NCBI GenBank assembly: GCA_003990765.1 | Contig: RBNJ01000184.1 | Span: forward strand, 1 to 37,668 | Reading direction: 5' to 3' | DNA from: Jimgerdemannia flammicorona | Taxonomy: Eukaryota | DNA length: 37,668 nt | Program-made: the position numbers and the translations under genes | The notes under the pieces: generated by a model | What the model saw: the letters and a program-made list of their open reading frames with translations, nothing else | What the model was told of the DNA's origin: nothing | Database searches by the model: none | In this document: positions 23,628 to 33,594 of the stretch, piece by piece | Layout of the letters: each line of letters begins with the position of its first letter | Numbering within the stretch: the stretch's first letter is position 1

Positions 23628-24449
23628 TGCAGGAGTAGACTGACCAATGTACAATTAAGGACTGCTGTTTTGTTTGCTTATAATATAGTAGAAAAGAAAA
23701 AGAATAAAGAAAAAGAACAAAGAAAGAACAAAAGAAGAGAAGAAATAAAAGAAAGGGTGATATCACCAAAGTGTAGCAGGAAAGAAAAACAGAACAAAAG
23801 AAAGGGTGATATTACTAAAGATTTTATATAATCAATCCAGATCAATTCAAATCAATCCAGATCAGATCATGAGACCAATCTGAGTTGATTTGAATCCATC
23901 ACATGATGAATCTGATCTGAATCTTATCTGAATAAATTGCATCCATTTAGAGCACTAATAGTGTTATTAAAGAAGTATATATATATTATAGAGGTAGATA
24001 ATCATCTAGTATTTCTGGACCAGGAGAAGGCTTATAATAAGTCTGGTGAGTATAGCTGGAGAGAGTACTGAAATATATTGGAATTCCTCTAAAACTTTGA
24101 TAGTCTTTAGTCAGTCTATTGGAGAAGAGTCAGGTAAATAGACATAGAGAGGTTTTATTTCTCTTGGGCAGAGGAGTACTACAAGGGGATCTGCTATTAC
24201 TGATTCTTTATACCCTCTCCTTAGAGCCTCTACTGGATAGGATTCAGTGCAAGATAGGGAAGTTGAATATTCTTAGTATAAATTGGAAGATAGAGACTTT
24301 ACTAATGATATAGTAGTTGGACTGGACTCAGTAGAGGATATGATAGTACTGAAGAGAGCTGTAAAATAGTATAAAGAGTACTCAGATACTAAGCTTAACT
24401 AGTATAAGTATGAGACTATAGTGTTAGATAGAGGGATAGTGCTCCAAAC

Positions 24450-24650
24450 GGATAGAGTTGATCCGGATGAGATTTGATTCAGATTCGTCATGTGATAGAT
24501 TTGAATCAACTCAGATTGGTCTCGTAATCTGATCCAGATTGATCCATCTAGATTGATCCATCCAGATTGATCCAGATTGGTCCATCCAGATTGGTCCATC
24601 CAGATTGGTCCATCCAGATTGATCTATCTGGATTGATCCATCTGGATTGA
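24450..24650. repeat. Subterminal 10-15-bp repeats (GATTGGTCCATCCA/GATTGATCCA) of hAT copy B
   Basis: Tandem gattgatccatcca units; a shorter array lies at 23830-23945 in copy A. Confidence 0.85.
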
Positions 24651-24877
24651 AATCTTTGGTGACATCACCCTTTCTTTTATTTATTTCGCTCTTGTTTTTT
24701 TTTCCTGCCACACTTTGGTGACATCACCCTTTCCTTTTGCTCCCTCTCTTCTTTTGTTCTTTTCTTTATTCTTTTTCTTTGTTCTTTTTCTTTGTTCTTT
24801 CCTGCCACATCATGAGCAAACAAAACAGCAGCCCTTAATTCATATGTTGGTCCAGTCTACTCATTTTTCACTCTGCA

Positions 24878-26969
24878 ATGATCATCAAAAGAGGGAGTAT
24901 TTGAGGTGGAAATATACTCTCTGCTGACAATGTTAGATTCTTTCTCATATAGACAGCACATAAGCTGCTCATTGAGAGCCAAAGAGGTGATGGTAGTGGC
25001 AGTGGTGATGGCGATAGTGATGGCAGGGATGAGGGAGAATTCCGGCAACAACTCACAGCAGCCCTTCAGACCTCGGAATTCACAGACCTCACAGCTATAT
25101 ATGTGGCAGCCTTTTTGTAGTAGCCAATAGTAGATGTAGGTTGTTTACTCAGCCACCACTTGTTTACTTGTATTTATTTAAACTTCCCCAGTATGACTCA
25201 ATTTACCTCATGCTTTTCTTAGGGTCCACAGCTCTATGGCAAGATCTGCCAACTTTATTTGCAACATCTGGTCAAGATGAAGAAAGGCTGGTGGACATTG
25301 TAGGATATACCTTTGGTGGCTGAGCTGTTGAGTCAATGCATCACGTGGTGGAGATCTCAAAAGGAACAGAAGCAAGCCTTTGTGAGCAATCTTGTATAAC
25401 TCGTGCAACTTGTCAGCATGCAACTCGTCAGTGTGCAACTCGTCAGCATGCAGCTCACTCACTCACTCACTCACACTCTTTTTCTGAAATACCCATCTCT
25501 GTGTTTTATTTAATTTCATTTTTACATGGTCTCCTCCTAAAAAACACCCACACCTGCATGCAACCTGCCTACATATAACCCGCTATATACAACCTGCCTG
25601 CTGTAACCCACCTGCACACAACCCGCCCATAACCCACCTGCACACAACCCGCCCACATGCAACCTGCCCACACGCAACTCATCTGCATGCAACCCATCTG
25701 CACGCAACCCATCCATATACTTATCTTGGTCCCTCAGATCAGGGCTCAGTTCCATTGGAAAGGAGAGTTCAAAGTTACCCAAGTTCAACTATGTCCAGCA
25801 TCTGATCAAATAGAGAAATTCGAGGGCAAGATGTTCAGCATGAGCAGTACCAGCATCATCATCAAGGTTTGGGGGTCTATATTTGAATCAGAGCCAATCA
25901 CACTTGACCAAGGGGTCCATTGGCCAGCAGGAGTAACCAACAATAAAGAGAACCATATCTTTATTAACAAATACGAAGAGGTGGTTGTGATGGTGGTAAG
26001 GAACCTTTACGGTGACAAGCTTCGCCACCACATTAATGAGATTTACAAGGATTGTATCAAATATCAGGTGGCAGGAAAGAGGGGACAAAAAAAGCAAGGA
26101 GGGGGGGTTTGGACAGGAATTGAGTATACTGCAACACTGGTGAAGAGTGGGTTCTGGAGTTCCAAAATCTCCTGCACTCATCTCTCTTTTTTTTTAACCC
26201 CTCCCCAGATAAATCACACTCTTTGCCGACATACTCTTTTTGATACAATTCCAGAGATACACAAGATTCTGTACCTCTACCAGAACTTTAGAAGTGCTGT
26301 CGAAGAGCAAACTGCATGTGAGCACGACACGGCCTGTGTAGCAATGGCGGCTATGATCTGGGGTTCTTTGAGCAGATTGGTAGAGCATACGGCAGGCCAG
26401 CTTGGTGGTGATCTCAGCGCGGCTGTACGTACATTCTTGGTGCAATTTAGTGTGCCATATGAGGTGAGGAGCTCCACTTTTTCAGAGTGCTGCAGCCCGG
26501 GGGGTTTTTGCCCCCCCGCATGCAAAAAGGACTGACTGGTTGCCATCTGTTTCAGCAGGTTTCCAAGCCAGGGCTTTTGGGGCTGGACCAAGGGCAGGCA
26601 TCCACCAGCACAGCCTAGCAGTATGAGGTTCTGGGCCAAGGGTTCACCCAACTGTATGCTTGCATCACATCAGGATATGACAGGCACAACCTTTCTCTGC
26701 CTATACATATAGACAATAATGTCACCCTGGTAATGTTTTATATCCCGGAAAGGAAGGGCCCAACCTTGGAGGATAGTGGCAGAGTCTGGTATGACCTCAC
26801 CTATGGTTTCGGGGTCCTGTTTACAGCCAACACAGCTGTTCTATTCCAACCACATGACTACCATGGCACCATCACCTAGGAGGAGAGCTTGGATATAATA
26901 GTTGTTGTACTCACAATGGATGATAGGCTCATTAAGGCCTGGGACTGGCAGGTGGAGCAGTTTTTGTGA
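24878..26969 (+). pseudogene. hAT cargo gene (copy B): predicted 5 exons, ~500 aa, C-terminal TET/JBP-like 2OG-Fe(II) dioxygenase domain; several premature stops
   Basis: Predicted exons 24878-25135, 25223-25393, 25738-~26130, ~26209-26463, 26556-26969. Introns 1, 2 and 4 have GT..AG ends and join in phase 0; the intron 3 donor is unresolved. Exon 5: ITSGYDRHNLSLPIHIDNNVTLVMFYIP...GRVWYDLTYGFGVLFTANTAVLFQPHDYHGTIT (HxD 26706-26714, distal His 26862-26864). Confidence 0.75.
25395..25715 (+). repeat. ~15-bp tandem repeats (GCAACCCGCCTGCAC-like) inside predicted intron 2 of the cargo gene
   Basis: Arrays at 25395-25455 and 25548-25715; markedly fewer units in copy A (~22895-22950). Confidence 0.8.
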
Positions 26970-27239
26970 GGGTTAGGCAATCTTTCGCAAGGGTTAGGCA
27001 GCCATTTTGTGCAGATTAGGCAGCTATTTTATACAGATTGGGCAGTCTTATGTGGGCCAGGTGCCTCTTATGTAGTACTAGCTTAGCCATTATACAGGGC
27101 CCTACCAGCCCCTCGGCCCTACTCTGTAGTGCCACTGGTACAGCACTGTGGTGCAGGGCTGGGGTGCCCGTGGGACCTGAACTGGTGACTTCGACCACCG
27201 GAAACGCCCTCCAACCACCAGAAGCTCCCTCCACCCTGG

Positions 27240-27730
27240 ACTTCTTGGTGGCTTGGGGCTGCCCCTATGCTGCTGGCAGAGGGCTGCAAATTTTGTGTGC
27301 TCCCTCCGCCTGCCCTGTCCATCCCAGACACTTGCGGCTTGGGGCTACCCCTTGCTACCAGCGGAGGGCTGCAAATTTTGTGTGCTCCCTCTGCCAACTC
27401 TGCACCTGCCAACCTGCCAACCGACCCTGCCCACTGACCTGGGCACTGACAGCTTGGGGCTGCCCCTCGCTGCTAGTGGAGGGCCACAAATTTTGCATGC
27501 TCCCTCCACCTACTCCCCCAACCTGGACACTTGCAGCTTGGGGCTGCCCCTTGCTGCCAGTGGAGGGCTGCAAATTTTGTGCACTCTCTCCACCAACCCA
27601 CCAACCCACTCACTGACCTGGGCACTGGCAGCTTGGGGCTGCCCCTTGCTGCTGGCTGAGGACTGCAAATATTGTATGCTCCCTTTGCCACTGCCACCAA
27701 CTCCACCCCACTTGGGCCACAAACTCCAGG
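27240..27730. repeat. Internal GC-rich ~80-120-bp tandem repeats of hAT copy B
   Basis: Five recurrences of gcttggggctgcccc..gctgc..g.ggagggctgcaaattttg. Confidence 0.9.
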
Positions 27731-27838
27731 CCAAGTCCTTAGGTTTTTTTTTCCTTTTTTATTATTTTGAAAGGTATTAATTTGAAAGATATTAAATATT
27801 CCACAAGGCCAACCAACTTATCTGCGACCTGCTGAATT

Positions 27839-30409
27839 TTAGCAGCCCGAGCCCCACTAAGACTTCAGACACATATATGCCTGGATTGTCTCAGCATTCA
27901 GTGCACACCTCTTTGGAGCAACGAGATCCACCCCACCTGAGAACACCCACTCGACAGGAGTGCTGGAGGCAGGAATCGCCAGGTAGTCCCGAAACATACC
28001 ATACAGACTGGGGAAGTTCGTTTAATGCAGCTGTATGCCCTGGTGGATAGAGTGGTGGTTAGATTAGTAGGTTAAATTGGCCCAACACCCACTTGACAAT
28101 GCCCATCTGACAACCCACCTTCCACCAGTTGGGTACCTCCATGCCCTCCAGCAGGATCATACAGTTGCTGGCAAGGTAAATGGTGAGTTCATCTATTGAC
28201 AGCAGCTCTTCCACTGACAGCTCTCTCTTCCTCTTTCTGCTGAAGTAAATGTGGGACAGGAGGGAACCCTCAGCATATTCATCCAGACTTTGGCCAGAAC
28301 CTTGCAGTAGTGTGTAGTTTTTCCGGTACACTTCAATTATGGCCTGCTTGGTTCTCTCAATGAAGTGCTGCTCCCAGTCCTAATCTTTATGGTATTGTAG
28401 CTTTAAGCATAGGTCTAGCACTGTTCAAAGAAAAGGAGAGTTTTTGTGGGGTTTCCTCTGTTTTGGAAGGGGCAACAGCCATATGCCGATATCAACACAC
28501 CTGTACTGATTGAGTATATGGCGGTATCTGTTTGGAAGTAGTATTTCCTGAGCTTACTTAGAGCAACCTCCATGGCATCTCTCTGATCCGGGCTTAACCA
28601 TAAATCACTGCAACCCTCCAGCCTGTCCTCAAGCTTGTCCTCTAGCTGGTCAATCAGAAGATTGTATACTGGTATCACAGAGCTTATTGTCGGGGTCATT
28701 TGTTTGACTATATCCTTCGTACAATTGTCAAAATACTGGCAGTTATATATGGTGAGGTGTTGCATTATATAGAGGCAGACAAAATGAGTGTAGAGCCAGA
28801 GCAACCACCACTTACTTCCAAAACTCTGACAACATTCCTAAGTATATCCCACTCACTTTCACCTAGAGCCTCAGCCCATATTTCCTTGTCAGCAGCCATT
28901 GTTGAATCTATTGGCTTTTTTTTTTTTTTTTTTTTTTAAAAATAAATCTTCTATCATCCAAAATAGTTGCTTCAGCTGACCAAAGAAAAAAAGGATGCAT
29001 ACCACAGCAAACTCTAGCATGTGCTGGATCATTGCAAATATTGAGTTCCAACACATATAGATATCCAATATAAGCTCTTTTGGGGCTAAACTGATTGCCC
29101 TACACTGCACAGTAAATTTGTCTCATCATTGTGGGGACGATCGGACTGACACAACCAGTTTATGCAGCTTGGAAATTATACTCAGGGCCCCTCCTCTCTT
29201 GGATGTTTTGTCTACATGCATAAGATAGTCCTGAATAGTGAGGTTCAGTACATGGGCCTGGCATCGCACATAGCAGCTTTCTACACTGAAGGCCATGTTT
29301 TCCTGTTTGAGGCTGGCTGCTAAAGCTTGGAAAAATGTTGAGTTATTTGTGACATTGTCCATTATAATGGCCAAAATCTATACTTGAAATATTTGGTTGG
29401 CGAATTATGTGAAAATAAATAACCAACAAAATCTGTTCTATATAAGGACCTCTCTCAAAACACTGACCTGATAGCAAGCCCCCCTTTTTTTACCTTGGTT
29501 GTGATCCCAAGCTCCTGGATACAACTAATAAAAGTATCTGCGATGTTGTCTCCAGAATGAGGGCCAGCAAGTTTGACAAAGTCAAGAGTGAGAGATTTAA
29601 GCTGCCAATCAAGATCAATCTAATTACCAGTAATGCCCAGAAATGAAATTGCATTGGGGGATGTCCATGTGTTGATCATAATGAAATTTTGCCTACTGAA
29701 TTCTGCTTATTAAATGTAAGGTTAAATTGGTGAGCTCTTTTATATAATTCAGCTTGCAAAGATCATGGTGCTGCCCTTATTTTATCTGAAGTGTCTGGTA
29801 GAGATTGTCATGCTCCTTCCTATAGGCCTCCAGGACATCTTTATGAATAGTATCAGCACTTGGCAAATATAAATCATGCTTGAGGAGACCAAAGATGCTA
29901 TACAATTGATTACTCTCAATGGTTGTGAATGGCTGGTCTGTGCACACAATCCAGCAAATGAGCCAATTTCGAAATTCTGCCAAAGAGTATGGCTAAATAT
30001 TTTTGATTAAATGGCATTGTTGGTATAGAAATGGTTGGGCAATCAGATAAACATACCCACTACAGCTTGGATGTCGATTTTATTTGTCTCTGTGTTTTTT
30101 TTGATTTTGTCAGAGTGCTTGTCTTTTATATGTCAATTCATGTTCGAGATCATACCACCAAGCATTTTGAACTTCTGGCTGGTGCAGTTTATAGGGTTGG
30201 ATAAAATAATATCATGTGTGTGTCAAACAAGTCAATAGGTGCATCTTAATTTTTTACCTGCAATAATTACAAATAACATCATCTCCTATCTTAGCACAAT
30301 GTTGCCAGATTTCAGAGCGAGAATTGCGTGGAAGGTGTGGAACTATCAGGGATGTTTGACTTGAAGCATCATCAATACTGTGAACTGTTGAAGACTGATC
30401 TGTCGACAT
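27839..30409 (-). pseudogene. hAT transposase with introns (copy B): BED finger, DDE core, hATC dimerization domain; disrupted
   Basis: MSTDQSS...SEIWQHC...VICNYC; FRNWLICWIVCTDQPFTTIES; NTWTSPNAISFLGIT; IIMDNVTNN; VRCQAHVLNL; FPSLYGMFRDYLAIPASSTPVEWVFSGG...CLKS*W. Confidence 0.93.
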
Positions 30410-30509
30410 GTGTGTTTGTGTGTTTACATGTGTATGTGTGTATATGTGTGTATATTATGTATACATATATGTGTAATGTGTTGTGGACATGTCCAGCATA
30501 TGAGTCATG

Positions 30510-30800
30510 TGGAGGATTTGGATTGGAGGATTCAGTTGAAGGATTTAGATGAGGATTCAAATTGGAGGATTCAGATTGAGTGATTCAGATTGAGTGATTC
30601 AGATTGAGTAATTCAGATTGAGTGATTTGGATTGAGTAATTTGGATTGGGGTGGTTCAGATGGATGATTCAGATGGGGCAATTTGGATGGGGTGATTTGG
30701 ATTAATCTGAGTTGATTTGGATGGCTTCAGATTTGAGATTCAGATCAAACTGTCATGTGACGAATTGAATCCAGATTTGATTCAAATTGACTTATTCAGA
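30510..30800 (-). repeat. Subterminal ~14-bp repeats at the transposase-proximal end of hAT copy B
   Basis: gattcagattgagt units. Confidence 0.85.
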
Positions 30801-32739
30801 GCACTATAGAGGGATAATAGGTGATAATGTGATTGGAACAGTTGTCCTGACAGAAGAGGTAGTGTATTATTTGAGAAGCTACTTCTCAGTATATAGTTCT
30901 CTATTACCTAGAAGATAGTGAGAGTAGTGACTGGTAGAGTGAGAGAATATGCTCTTAGAGTAGGGAGGCTAGTATGTATATCTTACTGATAGAAAGGGTA
31001 ATAGTGTTGAATATATATTGGCTATTAAAGTTATAGTATCTAGAATATTACTTGGACTTTTTGATATAGGTGGTCAAGAGATTATTGAAGATGACCAGAA
31101 TCTGGATATAGGCTGGACAGTAGAGTTAGATTGATTGAAAGATATTGATATTGCCAGTAGACCAGGGGGGGCTGAGTCTGGTAGACTTTACCAAGTATCT
31201 ATACTACTTACAGATATAGTGGCTAAAGTGAGCTAGTAAGCTGAGAGATCATGAGTGAGTACCTCTAATGTAGTGAGTATAGAAGGTATAGTTCTCTTCC
31301 TATGATATATCTAGTGACTTGCTTTCTTTAGTAGTATTAGAGAGGAGCCAAAAGATGTGCTTTAGGAAATTCTGGTGAGGAGTAATTGATGGAGCTCATC
31401 ATATTGACCTCTATTGACAGAGTGATAAGGGAGAGATAGACTGGAGACCTCAGATATAGAGGTGAAACTGTCTTTTACTAGAGAGTATACTAGTGGATAA
31501 CTTTAGTTTGGAGAATAGTATGGAGTATCTTCAAGAGTATGGAAGAGATTTGTAGCTGGAGACTTGGTAGGGGATAGAGATTGGTAAAGAGTGGGACTGA
31601 AATAGTATTTGATCATAGAGCAAGCTAGTGGTATAGTGGATTCCTCTTAAGTTTTAGATAGCATGATGGAGGCTTCTATAGTATAATGTGATGTTGAATT
31701 TTCAGTCAGAATATCTGATGAAAGGGAATATCTCAGAGTGTGAGAAGTGTTTTAATATTGAGTAAGAAGAGGGAATAGTATAGACCTCTAAGTATTAGCT
31801 AAGAGAGTATGAAGTAATGAAAGACTTCCAGAGAGTAATTGAGGGTCAAATAGGGGTATATACTTCTAAGCTAGTAGTAGATGGAAGGTGGAGTGATCTC
31901 TGAAGGAGATTGGTGAGAGAGGTTGATAATGAGTAGTTAACTATTAGGTGGACTTTGACTATTTGAGTTGAACTTACCAGATATTGGCTATATATATTTG
32001 AGGATAGCTAGTGGTTGGTGCTTGAGATATAGATTGTAAGATAGAAATAGTTAATGCTGAAGCTTTTGAATAGTTGATGGTGGGGTGGAGTCCTAGAGGG
32101 GGGCTCTGGTAGAGACTTGTAAAGAAGATTTAAAGACAGAGTGAGGGGAGAATTAGTGTAGCAAGAGAGATGGTGACATTCTGGAGAGATAAAGAGAAGA
32201 GAAAGCTCCTTATAGGATTGGGTGAGGGGTTTGTTTATCTGTATTAGTATAAGTATATCATAGACTAGTTGGTAATAAAGTAGAAGTCTAAGTAACTATA
32301 AAAATATATATATATATATATATATAATATCTAGTATAGTTACTCTTATGGTTGTTATTATATACTACTTATATATTATATAAATAGTCTAATATACAAA
32401 ATTAGGACAAATTCTATTCTTATTAGAAATACTTATACTACTTAAGTACTTATATCTAATATATATATCTATACTTAATAGAAATATCTATTCTCTAAAG
32501 AAATATCTTTTTAAATTAGCATTATTGCACATTCTCTAATTATTTAGATAGTAACCAGATAACAACCATACTTATATAAATACTCCAGAGATTTAAGTGA
32601 ATAAACCTCAGTCTAAAAAGTTCAAAAAATAAAAGTTAATTATCTAGTATACTTAGGAGAAGAATACTAAGCTATTGCTGAGAAGTTATAAGCTATTTTT
32701 TTCCACTCTAGTCTACTTTCTGATATAAAAAAGATCTGA

Positions 32740-33020
32740 TTTTGATATACTTACCAGACTAAGCCAGAAGAGAAATCTATTATATTTTAGTATACTTGTC
32801 AGACTAAGTTAAAAGAACTTGAGAAATCTGCTATATTTTTTATATGCTTATCAGATTAAACCTGAAGAGAAGTTTACTTTATTTTGACTAAAGTCAGTCA
32901 GTCAGATATATCTTTATAGTAAACTTATTCATACAAATGAAGCAGTCAACTGATGTAACTTTGCCAAAAAAAAGTCTGTCAATTTTGGTCTACTTACTAG
33001 ATTAAGTCTGAATTTAAGAA
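32740..33020 (+). repeat. Degenerate ~45-50-bp tandem repeat (TACTTACCAGACTAAGCCAGAAGAGAAATCT-like)
   Basis: Recurrences near 32748, 32793, 32845 and 32991. Confidence 0.55.
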
Positions 33021-33594
33021 CTTTGCTATTTATTAGATAATATCTAAAGAACTGTATACTTAAGAAAATCTGCCAAACTTGCTATATTATATATGTAATA
33101 TCTATATTTAATAATTTGTACTATCTAGAGAAATCTACTAAATTCATTATATTATATCAAACTCACTTATTAAGAAAGTTTTCAGAATTATCTATATTAT
33201 ATAAATAAGAGAAATTATATCTATTTTTAAGAAAACTCTGAATATTTTATTACTTATTGATAAAGTAACTAGGGGTTCAAGCCAATCTATATAGCTATCT
33301 CAATCTTATAATTTATCTCTATTAAGTCAGCATATTATATTTGGGGGCTTAACTAGAAAGATTTTCAATCTATATAACTTTTTAGCTTATAAGAACCCAA
33401 TAGCTAAACTGGATATATTTGATACAGTACTAATCTCAGCTATTATAAAAGAATGAATCATCAGTAATATTTGGATAGGAGGAGAAATAATTATCTCAAG
33501 ACTAGTCAACTATCCAGTATTAAAAGGATCTTAATCAGAAGCTAGTATAGTACAGAATTCTCAACCAGCCTTAGCCCAATCATTAAGAGTATAT

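Larger units (their letters stand above)
17879..23957 (+). mobile_element. hAT DNA transposon, copy A (6079 bp, heavily mutated), transposase plus cargo gene
   Basis: TIRs TAGTGCTCCAAATG...CATTTAGAGCACTA; TSD atggtgtc (17871-17878) / atagtgtt (23958-23965); the LINE RT frame resumes across it. Confidence 0.92.
24437..30806 (-). mobile_element. hAT DNA transposon, copy B (6370 bp, less mutated), inverted relative to copy A
   Basis: TIRs TAGTGCTCCAAACG...TTCAGAGCACTA; perfect TSD tagaggga (24429-24436 / 30807-30814); colinear reverse complement of copy A. Confidence 0.95.
11292..32305 (+). mobile_element. Formerly full-length (~5.7 kb net) L1/Tx1-like LINE split by three direct insertions; host segments ~11292-12042, 14893-17878, 23958-24436, 30807-32305
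   Basis: ORF1 relic; AP endonuclease relic from ~16170 (SLNIN...DLFLL, NFNIV ~16515). RT relics PGEDGLP (~17531), KNWRLIILLNIDHKL (~17713), DQEKAY (~24017), GVLQGD (~24174), F(T)NDIVV = FADD (~24298). C-terminal CxxC..H..C (~31740-31810). AATAAA plus short A tract at 32273-32304. Confidence 0.85.

Noticed and set aside
24399..24711. ORFs with DQSGW repeats
   Set aside because: Translation of subterminal DNA repeats
25657..26535. The 292-aa ORF as a standalone gene
   Set aside because: Starts within intronic repeats and reads through predicted introns; better explained as exons 3-4 of the cargo gene
27016..27780. Several 70-190 aa ORFs with repeated WGCP/CKFC motifs
   Set aside because: Translations of the GC-rich tandem array, open in many frames on both strands
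17879..30806. A single giant element with 6-kb TIRs, or an assembly-made inverted duplication
   Set aside because: Each half has its own TIR pair and distinct TSD, the halves are substantially diverged, and the spacer is contiguous LINE RT sequence
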